Shown here in pieces: positions 29,168 through 39,679 of a DNA stretch of 64,000 nt (its first letter is position 1; every line of letters begins with the position of its first letter). Location: the NCBI GenBank assembly GCA_963825305.1, contig CAWGTA010000016.1, positions 102,335-166,334 of the forward strand, given 5' to 3'. Source of the DNA: Terriglobia bacterium (GTDB lineage: Bacteria > Acidobacteriota > Terriglobia > Bryobacterales > Bryobacteraceae). The notes under the pieces were generated by a model that was not told the origin of the DNA, did no database searches, and worked only from the letters and a program-made list of their open reading frames with translations. The position numbers and the translations under genes were made by a program.

Positions 29168-30666
29168 GGCAGTTGCGGGTCGAGGCCACCTTCGGCAATG
29201 AGTCGTTCCAGCGCACGGATGTCATGGTGCAGCGCACGGTCGCCGGTGAGGGGCGGTGAGACTGTGCGTATGCGGGCCCGGACTTCTTCCAGCAGAGGGC
29301 TGGTGCGGAGCGGCGCCAGCAGATCGAGGGCGCGGGCGGCCGTCAGCGCCTCGATCGCCAACACGGCTCGCGTATTGCGCACCACGCGCTGGAACTTGAG
29401 GGCCGCGGTCATCCCCATGCTGACGAAGTCTTCCTTGTTGCCGCTGGTGGTGATGGATCCGGTAGAGGCCGGGTGGGCCAGCACGCGATTCTCCCCCACC
29501 AGCGCCGCGGCGGAAACCTGCGCCATCATCAGCCCCGACTCCAGGCCGGCATGGCTGGCCAGGAACGGCGGCAAATCCTCATTGAGTGACGGATTCACCA
29601 GCCTGTCGATGCGGCGTTCGGAAATGCTCGCCAGGGCCGAGAGCGCCACGGCTAGAAAGTCCAGTTGGAAAGCCAGCGGCTCGCCGTGGAAGTTTCCGCC
29701 CGATAGGATGTCCTCGCCGAAGACCAGCGGGTTATCGGTTGCCGAGTTCAGCTCGATGGAAAAGACGCGGCGGGCTTCGGCCAGTGCATCCCGTACGGCG
29801 CCGTGGACCTGCGGGACGCAGCGCAGCGAATAGGCATCTTGTACGCGCCGGCAGGTGATGTGCGACTGGCGGATTTCGCTGCCTTCGAGCAACTGATTCA
29901 GGCGTGCGGCGCTCTGGCGTTGGCCGGGATGCGGGCGGGCCGCATGGATGCGCGGGTCGAAGGCGCGCGGGGTGCCGCGCAGCGCGTCGAGTGTCATGGC
30001 GCAAACCACGTCGGCGGACTGCGTTAGGATCTGTGAGGCTTCCAACTCTAAGCAGCCTACCGCCAGCATGGCTTGCGTTCCGTTGATCAGGCTCAAGCCT
30101 TCTTTGGGATGGAACTCGATGGGGGCCAAGCCTGCGCTCGCTAACGCTTCGCTGCCGCGGAGGATGGCTCCTTGATACTCGGCCTCGCCTTCTCCGATTA
30201 ACACCAAGCGCCATATGGGCCAAGGGCGCCAGGTCGCCGGAAGCGCCCACACTGCCCTGCTCCGGGATGATAGGAGACACGCCTCGATTCAGGAGGTCGC
30301 AAAGACTTTCCGCCACCAGCGGGCGAATGCCGGAGAAGCCTTTGGCCAGCACGTTGGCGCGGATCAACATCATGGCGCGGACGACGCTCGAGGGCAGCGG
30401 CGAACCGACGCCCGCAGCATGCGACCGGACCACGTTGAGCTGGAGCTGGTCGAGTTGGTCGCGCGGAATTCGTATGTCGGCCAACAGGCCCACGCCGGTA
30501 TTAACGCCGTAGATCGGTTCGTCTCCCGCGGCCAGCCGCTCTACCGGCTCGCGCGAGGCTTGCATCTTTTTAACGGCAGCCGCCGATAGGGAAACCGGCG
30601 CGCCGCGCTCCGCTACCTCGCGAACGTCCGCGATGGAAAGGTGCTCACCGTCCAGCTCGACGGACA

Positions 30667-30667
<1 letters not shown>
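29164..30667 (-). pseudogene. hutH: histidine ammonia-lyase, frame broken by an apparent 1-nt insertion
   Basis: The N-part (ORF 29732-30667) reaches the MIO-forming triad in GSVGASGDLAPLAHMAL. The C-part (ORF 29164-30252) continues VLIGEGEAEYQG...NGTQ...SATDNPL. The break is an extra G in cttGGtg near 30203-30208. Merged length is 1 mod 3. Confidence 0.88.
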
Positions 30668-32071
<1,404 letters not shown>

Positions 32072-32082
<11 letters not shown>

Positions 32083-34285
32083 GCGCCTCCAAGGCTTGCT
32101 CGTACGCTGTCTTGAGTGCCGCGATCTCCCAAAGGGCCACTCGCTTGCTCCCCTGGCTAATCTCGAGTTCTATCTCAATTGTAACGCCCACTACCGGCGC
32201 TTCGATGCCATGCTTGGCTGCGATCGCCGTAACCTGGTCCCGGTGCCCGGTGGAGAGCAGCACGCGCGACGGCCCCTCGTGGAACAGCAGCAGATCGGGC
32301 CGCAGGTCCGAAGCGAGATCGATGCGCGCGCCCACTCCAGCGAAACTGCATTCGGCAAGCGCGATTGCTAATCCACCGTCGCTCAAGTCGTGGGCCGATT
32401 CCGCCAGGCCCGCGTTTACAATTTCGCGGATCGCGACCTGCACTCGTTTTTCCCGGTCGAGATCGAGCGCCGGCGGCATTCCCCAAAGTTGGTTCAAAAT
32501 TACTTTGGCGTATTGCGTGCCGCCGAACTGCGTCTCATCGCAATTGCCAATACCGCCGAGCAGCATCACAGTGCGGCCAGGGGTACGGAATGCGATGCCC
32601 GTCGGCTGTGCGGTCTTCATCAAGCCGACGATTCCGATTACAGGCGTGGGGTAGATACCCTCTCCCAGAGTCTCGTTGTAGAGGCTCACGTTGCCGCCGG
32701 TAATCGGAGTGTCGAAGAAGCGGCAGGCTTCTGACATGCCTTCGATCGCCTCGACCAACTGCGCCATGATCTCGGGTCGCTCGGGGTTGCCGAAGTTCAG
32801 ACAATTGGTAGCGGCCACCGGGAGCGCTCCCACGGTGGAGAGATTGCGGCACGATTCCGCAACCGCCAGCATGGCGCCCTGGCGCGGCGAAAGGTAGCAG
32901 TAGCGGCCGTTGCCATCGAGCGACATCGCCACGGACGTGCCCGTTTCCTTGATGCGAATGATGGCCGCATCGGCACCAGGCCCGGCCACCGTACTGCTCC
33001 GCACCAGGTAATCGTACTGTTCCCAGATATACCGCTTGGAGCAGAGATCGCCCGACGCCAGCAGCGCGGGCAGTGCGCTCTGCACGTCCGCGACCGGCAG
33101 CGGGGGTGCATCCATAGGCGCGTGGCGCATCGGTTGCGTGTGCGGCCGGTCGTACAGCGGCGCTTCATCGGCCAGTTCGCGATTGGGAATCTCGGCGACG
33201 ATCTGGCCGTGCTGCCTCACGCGCAGCTTGCCATCGTTGGTCACGGTGCCGATCTCGACCGCTTCCAACCCCCACTTGCGGAACACGGCAAAGACTTCGT
33301 CTTCGCGACCCTTGTCCGCCACCAACAGCATGCGCTCCTGCGATTCCGAGAGCATGATCTCGTACGGCGTCATGCCGGTCTCGCGCTGCGGCACACGGTC
33401 CAACTCAATCTCAATCCCGACCTCGCCGCGGCTGCCCATCTCGCAAGTGGAACAGGTGAGGCCGGCCGCGCCCATGTCCTGAATGCCCACGACGGCGCCG
33501 GTGTGCATGGCCTCGATGCAGGCTTCAAGCAGCAGCTTTTCCATGAACGGATCGCCCACCTGCACGTTGGGCCGCTTCTGCTTGGACTCTTCGGTGAATT
33601 CGGCCGACGCCATGGAAGCGCCGTGGATGCCATCGCGCCCGGTGCGCGCACCCACGTAGATCACGGGATTGCCGACGCCCGCCGCCTTGGCGTAGAAGAC
33701 GTCCTCTTTCCGGCACACGCCCAGCGCGAAGACATTCACCAGGGGGTTGCCGTCGTAGCACGATTCGAAAATGCACTCGCCGCCCACGGTAGGCACGCCG
33801 AAGCAGTTGCCATAGTGCGCGATCCCCGAGACCACACCGCCCAGAATGCGGCGGTTGCGCACGGCGTTGGCGGTGCCATCCAACCGGCCGAATCGCAACG
33901 AATCCATGACCGCGATGGGGCGCGCTCCCATGGTGAAGATGTCGCGCAGAATGCCGCCGACGCCGGTGGCCGCGCCCTGGAACGGCTCAATGAAACTGGG
34001 GTGGTTGTGCGACTCGATCTTGAAAGCGATGACGTAGCCGCCACCGATATCGATGATGCCGGCATTCTCGCCGGGCCCCTGCACCACCAGCTTGCCGCGC
34101 GTCGGAAGCTTCTTCAGATGCAGGCGCGAGCTCTTGTAGGAGCAGTGCTCGCTCCACATCACGCTGAAAATACCGAGCTCGGTATAGCTGGGTTCGCGCC
34201 CGAGAATGGAGACGATTTTCTGGTACTCATCAGGCGTGAGTTGGTGCTGCGCGATGAGATCGGGAGTCATGACCGCCGCATTCAT
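32072..34285 (-). CDS. purL: phosphoribosylformylglycinamidine synthase subunit PurL
   Basis: 737 aa, small-PurL type (..SEHCSYKSS.., ..ESHNHPS..). Confidence 0.95.
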
Positions 34286-34950
34286 GCGGGCACCGCCGCC
34301 GAAAGCAGGGACTGGAAAACCACCAGCCCGTCGCTCGAGCCCATGAGGGGTTCAATGGCATCTTCGGGATGCGGCATCATGCCCATCACGTTGCGCTCCC
34401 GGTTTAAGATTCCCGCGATGTCGCGAAGAGAGCCGTTCGGGTTTCCGACATAGCGGAAGGCCACGCGGTCCTCGGCTTCCAATTCGTCGAGCGTGCGCTC
34501 GTCGGCGAAATAGCAACCCTCACCGTGCGCGATCGGCACGCGATACGTGCGATCCTTTCGGGCGGCGGAGGTGAACGGTGAATCCGTAGTCCCGGGCCGC
34601 AGCTCCACTTCACGGCAGATGAACTTGAGGCCGCGGTTGCGTATGAGCGCGCCCGGCAGCAGACCGGCTTCGACCAGAATCTGGAAGCCGTTGCAGATGC
34701 CCAGCACCAGCCCGCCCTCGGCGGCGAACTTTTTAACGGCCTTCATGATGGGCGAAAACTTGGCGATCGCGCCGCAACGGAGGTAGTCGCCATAGGCGAA
34801 TCCGCCCGGCAAGATCACCGCGTCCAGATTGCCCAGGCTTGCCGCATCGTGCCAGATGAACTCGGCTTGTTGGCCCAGGATATTGGCGGCCGCGTAAAAA
34901 GCATCGTGGTCGCGATTGCTGCCCGGAAAGACAATGACGCCAAATTTCAT
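34282..34950 (-). CDS. purQ: phosphoribosylformylglycinamidine synthase subunit PurQ (glutaminase)
   Basis: 222 aa with [12 protein letters not shown].. and the catalytic GICNGFQ and MMPHPE motifs. It overlaps the purL start by 4 nt. No purS ORF lies immediately upstream. Confidence 0.93.
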   Translation of the reverse strand: MKFGVIVFPGSNRDHDAFYAAANILGQQAEFIWHDAASLGNLDAVILPGGFAYGDYLRCGAIAKFSPIMKAVKKFAAEGGLVLGICNGFQILVEAGLLPGALIRNRGLKFICREVELRPGTTDSPFTSAARKDRTYRVPIAHGEGCYFADERTLDELEAEDRVAFRYVGNPNGSLRDIAGILNRERNVMGMMPHPEDAIEPLMGSSDGLVVFQSLLSAAVPA

Positions 34951-35009
34951 CGGTCCTGTTTTTGGGGAGGTACCTTTATTCTAGCAAAGAGGAACTGGGC
35001 GATCCCTCG

Positions 35010-35116
35010 CAAAACGGGGCCCAAGCAATGGGGTTCGTTTTGGGCTTCTCGGTTCGTTTTGTGGGGAAGAACCGCTGTCTTTTCATGGTGTTGGCATCGA
35101 AAATGGGTTCGTTTCG
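35010..35116 (-). promoter_or_regulatory. triplicated motif GGTTCGTTT(T/C)G (minus strand C(A/G)AAACGAACC) upstream of purQLF, PurBox-like
   Basis: Copies lie at 35032-35042, 35051-35061 and 35106-35116, with an inverted half-site CAAAACG at 35010-35016. That is 60-166 nt upstream of the purQ start in a lower-GC intergenic region. Confidence 0.35.
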
Positions 35117-35354
35117 TATTCTTATTGGAAATGATCGCCTGTAGGCCCCCATCAAGCCGCATTGAAGATGGTTCTCCACCCCCAGCTATAGCATGAACAG
35201 CGGCCTGGATCCGAAACCGGCGCGGCCATGTGGCGACAAAAAGAGGCAAGTTGTTTTCGCGAAGAGTGGTTGAGCTGCGAGGCCAATTGACGAAAAGGGG
35301 AACGAACGCTTCGCTAACTGGCTGGAAGCGCTCGATCCTACCGCCGCTGCCAAG

Positions 35355-35597
35355 TTGACCATCGCCCTAACACGCATGGAGCAGGGGAATTTCTCGCGGG
35401 CGAAGGGGGTCGGCGCAGGCGTGCACGAATGCAAGATCGACTTTGGCCCCGGCTACCGCATCTACTTCGGCAAGGACGGAGACACGCTTGTGATCTTAGT
35501 AGGTGGCGGCACGAAGAAACGCCAGAGCCACGACATTCAGGCGGCACAGGCTTGCTGGGCTGCCTACAAACGACGAAAGAAACAGGAGGCTCCATAA
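35355..35597 (+). CDS. RelE/ParE-superfamily addiction-module killer protein (HigB-like), probably 5'-truncated
   Basis: The conserved core GVGAGVHECKIDFGPGYRIYFGKDGDTLVILVGGGTKKRQSHDI is present. The frame is open from 35274 and encodes the family N-terminus (..ERFANWLEALDPTAAAKL..), but there is no ATG/GTG/TTG before TTG 35355 and a TGA lies at 35271. Confidence 0.6.
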   Translation: MTIALTRMEQGNFSRAKGVGAGVHECKIDFGPGYRIYFGKDGDTLVILVGGGTKKRQSHDIQAAQACWAAYKRRKKQEAP

Positions 35598-35887
35598 TGC
35601 CGCTCACTCACGACTTCAAAGAAACCATACGGGCGCGGGCGCAGCGCGATCCGGAATTCCGCCACGCTCTGCTGCGCGAAGCCGTCGAGTGCATCATCAA
35701 CGGCGATCTGGAAACAGGCAAGGCTGTTCTACGCGACTATGTAAACGCCACAGTCGGTTTTCAGAAACTGGAAAAGCGCACGCAGATTCCCGCGAACCCC
35801 AGGAGAGAATCTGAGCAACCGATCGTCGGCCAGACGGAAGTTGGAAGCGAAGAGAATGGCTACCGAATGTGGCCAACCGTAACTTGA
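35597..35887 (+). CDS. addiction-module antidote protein (HigA-like), C-terminus atypical
   Basis: ATG 35597 overlaps the toxin TAA (TAATG). The N-part MPLTHDFKETIRARAQRDPEFRHALLREAVECIINGDLETGKAVLRDYVNATVGF matches the antidote family. After ..QIPA the expected HTH segment appears shortened or divergent. Confidence 0.55.
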   Translation: MPLTHDFKETIRARAQRDPEFRHALLREAVECIINGDLETGKAVLRDYVNATVGFQKLEKRTQIPANPRRESEQPIVGQTEVGSEENGYRMWPTVT

Positions 35888-36048
35888 GAACGGACGCGGC
35901 GGAGAGCAGCGACGGGTCAGTTGACGAATCGCGCGATACGTAGATCTGGCGGAGAAGTCTGTACAAAGAGGTTTCGCCCGACAGCAATGAACGCCTTGAC
36001 GTGAGTTCTCGAGGCTGACCCTCTCTGTGCTGAAAAACCCTGCCGAAC

Positions 36049-36078
36049 CCGCGTTCCCTTACGGTCGCGGCTCGGTAA
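36049..36078 (-). repeat. short conserved motif TTACCGAGCCGCGACCGTAAGGGA.., copy c (reverse orientation)
   Basis: The reverse complement of 36049-36078 reads ttaccgagccgcgaccgtaagggaacgcgg. It forms a 10-bp inverted repeat (cgcggctcgg / ccgagccgcg) with 36105-36114. Confidence 0.55.
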
Positions 36079-36117
36079 CTGCCTGCAAACTCGATGTAGT
36101 GTTTCCGAGCCGCGCGC

Positions 36118-36356
36118 GTGAGCAAGCGGTCGTCGGGCTTTTTCCAGCGGCCTGCTAGTGGCGCTCGCCCTGGCCGCCCCGGACAAATACACGGTGAACG
36201 TGGCCAACCGACTCGCGTTCTCCGAGTTCAGGGGATACGAGGCCTGGCACCCTGGCTGGCAAGCCGCCGCAGGGGAACGACGCCAAGTGCGGGTTCGCGT
36301 GCCACACGATGGTGAAGACGAGAGATTCCGTTTTCACGGATTACGGGCATAGGTGA
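36118..36356 (+). pseudogene. cytochrome P460 family gene remnant (internal deletion plus frameshift)
   Basis: GTG 36118 gives MSKRSSGFF. After a frame slip in the T5 run (36139-36143) the sequence reads SSGLLVALALAAPDKYTVNVANRLAFSEFRGYEAW, which is the P460 N-terminus. A third frame ends GNDAKCGFACHTMVKTRDSVFTDYGHR* (CxxCH heme motif plus the family C-terminus, stop 36354-36356). Only about 79 codons remain of an expected 160-190. Confidence 0.6.
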
Positions 36357-36397
36357 AGCGGTATCAGCAGCACAGCGCTGAAGCAGTGAATCTGGGT

Positions 36398-37549
36398 TCA
36401 TGGCAAGTTCGCTAGCAATTTCGCCAGTAGCGCCGTTCGGTCGGCCATGCGGTCGATGAGGATGCTCTCGTGGATGGCGTGGGCGCCTTCACCAACCGCG
36501 CCTAAACCATCGAGCGTGGGGACGCCCAGCGCGGCGGTGAAGTTGCCATCGGAGCCGCCGCCGCTGTTGGATTCCTCGAGCTCCACTCCGAGCTCGCGCG
36601 CCAATTTCCGTGCGGTGCGGAACAGGCGGACGGTCCCCGCGGAGCGTTCCATGGGCGGGCGATTCAAACCGCCTTGGATTTCGAGGGAGCAGCGGCGATC
36701 GAAGGGGCGCAGCGCGCGGAATTTGCGTTCGAGGGCAACCGCGTCGCGCGCGCGGATCACGCGGATGTCGATCTCGGCCCAGGCTTCGGCGGCCACCACA
36801 TTGGACCGGGTGCCGCCGGAAATCACGCCGGGGTTGATGGTAGTGCCTCGCTTCAACTGCGTGAGCTCGGAGATTTTCGCGATCTGCCGCGCCAGTTCCA
36901 AGACGGCGCTGGCACCGGTTTGAAAATCCAGTCCCGCATGCGCAGCCTTACCCCGCACCACCAGCCGGAAGCCGCCCACGCCTTTGCGAGCAGTTTTCAC
37001 TTTTCCGGTGTGGCCCGTTCCTGGTTCCAGCACCAGCACAGCCTTGCTGCGCGCCGCGTTCTTTTCGGTGAGGGCGCGGGAAGAGTCGCTGCCCACTTCC
37101 TCGTCGGAATTGAGTTGCAGCATTACCTTCGACGGCACTGGCACATCCAACTCGCGCAGCGCTCTTGCCGCGAAGAGAAAGAATACTATCCCGGCCTTCA
37201 TGTCGAAGACTCCGGGGCCCCACAGACGACCCCGCTCCTGGCGGAACGGCATAGCGCGAAGGGTGCCCATCGGCCAGACCGTGTCGGAGTGGCCGAGCAC
37301 CAGGATGCGCCCCGACTTCTTCCGCCCCGGTAAACGCATCTCGCACACCAGGTGCGTACGGAATCGGCGCACGGCGGCAAAGGGCGCCACCGTGTCGGAG
37401 ACCAGTTCGACAAACCGCCCGATCGCGGCGGGGTCATCGCTGGGCGATTCGCATTCCACAAACTGCCGGATGGCGGCAATCATTTCAGACTCACGCGCGC
37501 GAATAAACGAAAGGATCGAATCCACGGCTGTTATAATAACCACTTTCAT
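36398..37549 (-). CDS. M20 family metallopeptidase (carboxypeptidase G2 / glutamate carboxypeptidase-like)
   Basis: ORF 36398-37582; the start is ambiguous among 37582, 37549 and 37483. Motifs LGHSDTV, NSDEEVGS and a dimerisation-domain pattern are present. Confidence 0.82.
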   Translation of the reverse strand: MKVVIITAVDSILSFIRARESEMIAAIRQFVECESPSDDPAAIGRFVELVSDTVAPFAAVRRFRTHLVCEMRLPGRKKSGRILVLGHSDTVWPMGTLRAMPFRQERGRLWGPGVFDMKAGIVFFLFAARALRELDVPVPSKVMLQLNSDEEVGSDSSRALTEKNAARSKAVLVLEPGTGHTGKVKTARKGVGGFRLVVRGKAAHAGLDFQTGASAVLELARQIAKISELTQLKRGTTINPGVISGGTRSNVVAAEAWAEIDIRVIRARDAVALERKFRALRPFDRRCSLEIQGGLNRPPMERSAGTVRLFRTARKLARELGVELEESNSGGGSDGNFTAALGVPTLDGLGAVGEGAHAIHESILIDRMADRTALLAKLLANLP

Positions 37550-38015
37550 GTCGATCCTGGATATCAACGAGATACAGAGCATCCTGCCACATCGCTATCC
37601 GTTCTTGCTGGTGGACCGCATCGTCGAGCTGGAGCCCGAGCGTATCGTCGGGGTCAAAAATGTCACGCGCAACGAGGAGTTCTTCCAGGGCCACTTCCCC
37701 GATTTCCCGGTGATGCCGGGCGTGCTGATCGTGGAGGCCATGGCGCAAACGGCCGGCGTGCTGGTGCTGAAGCAAATGGCGGACCGCGACCAGAAACTGG
37801 TGTTGCTGGTATCGATCGACCACGCGCGCTTTCGTAAGCCGGTGGTGCCGGGCGATACGCTGCGGCTGGAAATGTGCGTGATCAAGCGCAAAGCCAGCGT
37901 GGCCAAGATGTCCGGCCGGGCCACGGTGGACGGGGTCCTGGTGGCCGAAGCTGAACTGATGTGCAAGCTTGCCGATAAGGAAGAGACCCCGGGCGCGCCC
38001 GTCGCGTCTGCCTAG
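37548..38015 (+). CDS. fabZ: 3-hydroxyacyl-ACP dehydratase
   Basis: ATG 37548 inside the long ORF 36984-38015. The sequence reads MSILDINEIQSILPHRYPFLLVDRIVE...FFQGHFPDFPVMPGVLIVEAMAQ. Confidence 0.93.
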   Translation: MSILDINEIQSILPHRYPFLLVDRIVELEPERIVGVKNVTRNEEFFQGHFPDFPVMPGVLIVEAMAQTAGVLVLKQMADRDQKLVLLVSIDHARFRKPVVPGDTLRLEMCVIKRKASVAKMSGRATVDGVLVAEAELMCKLADKEETPGAPVASA

Positions 38016-38016
38016 C

Positions 38017-38793
38017 ATGCCGATTCATCCGACTGCGATAGTCGACCCGCGCGCGCGGGTCGCGGAAAGCGCCGACATCGGTCCTTACTCGATCGTGGGG
38101 GCGGACGTCGAAATCGGGCCGGGCACGCGGCTGATGGCCAATAATTACCTGGAAGGGCCGACGTGGATTGGCGCGGACAACATTTTCTTTCCGTACAGCA
38201 CGGTGGGCGTCGCATCCCAGGATCTGAAATACAAGGGCGAGCGCTCGGAAACGCGCATTGGCGACCGCAACAAGATTCGCGAGTTCGTCACCATACACCG
38301 CGGCACCCAGGGCGGCGGTCTGTTGACCAGCATTGGCAATGACAACCTGCTGATGGTCTACACGCACGTGGCGCACGATGTCCACATCGGCAACCACGTC
38401 ATCCTGGGCAACAGCGTGGGCCTGGCGGGCCATGTGACCATCGGGGACTGGGCCGATCTTAGCCCGTACTGCGGCGTGCACCAGTTCTGCCGCATCGGCC
38501 GCCACGCGTTCCTGGGGCCCTACAGCGTGGTGAAGCAGGACGTGCTTCCCTATTCGCTCACGAGCCCCAAGCAGGAACTGGCAGTGTTCGGGGCCAACAG
38601 TGTGGGGCTGGAACGGCGCGGCTTTGAGAAGGCCACGGTGGAATCGCTGCAGACCGCTTTTCGCCTGCTGACGCGCGCGCAGCTCAATACCTCACAGGCC
38701 ATCGAGCGGATCCGCGCGGAGGTGCCGCCCTGCGCCGAAGTGGACGAGCTGATCGATTTCATCGGCGCCTCCGAGCGGGGCATCATTAAGTAA
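38017..38793 (+). CDS. lpxA: acyl-ACP--UDP-N-acetylglucosamine O-acyltransferase
   Basis: ATG 38017, 1 nt after the fabZ stop. MPIHPTAIVDPRARVAESADIGPYSIVG begins the hexapeptide repeats, and the C-terminal helical domain ends ..FIGASERGIIK. Confidence 0.93.
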   Translation: MPIHPTAIVDPRARVAESADIGPYSIVGADVEIGPGTRLMANNYLEGPTWIGADNIFFPYSTVGVASQDLKYKGERSETRIGDRNKIREFVTIHRGTQGGGLLTSIGNDNLLMVYTHVAHDVHIGNHVILGNSVGLAGHVTIGDWADLSPYCGVHQFCRIGRHAFLGPYSVVKQDVLPYSLTSPKQELAVFGANSVGLERRGFEKATVESLQTAFRLLTRAQLNTSQAIERIRAEVPPCAEVDELIDFIGASERGIIK

Positions 38794-39596
38794 TGCGGTA
38801 TGGCCTGATCGCGGGAAACGGAAGATTTCCGCTGCTGGCGCTGGAAGGCGCACGCCGCCTGGGGCACGACATCACGGTGGTCGCCATCCAGGAAGAGGCA
38901 GGCCGCGAAGTGGAGGCGGCGGCGCCGCGCTGCCATTGGATCTCTCTAGGACAGCTCAGCAAGCTCATCGAGATTCTCAAAGCAGACGACATCACCGAAG
39001 TGATGATGACGGGGCAGGTGAAGCACGCCAAGATCTTCTCGTCGATCGTGCCGGACTGGCGGCTGGTGAAACTGCTGGCGTCGCTGCCTTCGAAGAATAC
39101 CGACGGGCTGATTGGCGGCGTGGTCCGCATTCTGGAAGACGAAGGCATTCATCTACGCGATTCCACCTTCTTGCTGAAGCCGCTGCTGGCCGCAGCGGGC
39201 GTGATGACGCGACGCAAGCCGGACAAGGACGAAAACATCGACATCGAGTATGGCCGCCGAGTGGCCAATGCGCTGGCCGGATTCGACGTTGGGCAGAGCG
39301 TCGCGATTTGCGAGCGCGCCTGTGTCGCCCTGGAAGCGATGGAAGGGACCGATGCCATGCTGCGGCGGGCGGCCGGGCTGGTGAACGGGCGGCGGCTATC
39401 GCTGGTGAAGGTGGCGCGGCGGCGGGAACACCTGTTGTTCGATGTGCCCACGGTGGGCTGTGACACGATACCGGTGATGAGCGAGACCGGGGCGACTGTA
39501 CTTGCGGTGGAAGCGGGGCGCACGTTGATGCTGGACAAGGAGCAGATGCTGGAAGCGGCCGATGAAGCGCGCATTGCGATCGTGGGGTTCGAATGA
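38793..39596 (+). CDS. lpxI: UDP-2,3-diacylglucosamine diphosphatase LpxI (DUF1009 family)
   Basis: 267 aa beginning MRYGLIAGNGRFPLLALEGAR.., with GQSVAICERACVALEAMEGTDAML. It overlaps the lpxA stop (TAATG). Confidence 0.85.
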   Translation: MRYGLIAGNGRFPLLALEGARRLGHDITVVAIQEEAGREVEAAAPRCHWISLGQLSKLIEILKADDITEVMMTGQVKHAKIFSSIVPDWRLVKLLASLPSKNTDGLIGGVVRILEDEGIHLRDSTFLLKPLLAAAGVMTRRKPDKDENIDIEYGRRVANALAGFDVGQSVAICERACVALEAMEGTDAMLRRAAGLVNGRRLSLVKVARRREHLLFDVPTVGCDTIPVMSETGATVLAVEAGRTLMLDKEQMLEAADEARIAIVGFE

Positions 39597-39679
39597 TGTG
39601 GGAAAGACGCGTCCATGCGAAGAGCGGGTCCAGGGGGACCCGCGCGGACCGGGGGGTCCGCCGTACCGGAGACTAGGGG

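Noticed and set aside
34951-36397. Prophage or integrative element spanning the low-GC region
   Set aside because: There is no integrase, no tRNA target, no direct-repeat boundaries and no phage genes. Only a decayed TA pair and a gene remnant are present, so I describe it as an eroded islet instead.
37547-37582. Overlapping divergent start codons of fabZ (ATG 37548) and the M20 peptidase (CAT 37547-37549, or 37582) as a regulatory feature
   Set aside because: The M20 start is ambiguous among three in-frame ATGs, and the CATG overlap is a trivial consequence of choosing the middle one. There is no further supporting signal.
39584-39600. GGGGTTCGAATG string resembling a tRNA T-arm
   Set aside because: It lies inside the last codons of lpxI (..IVGFE*), and I found no acceptor, D or anticodon stems around it. 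No other intergenic region showed tRNA-like cloverleaf signatures.
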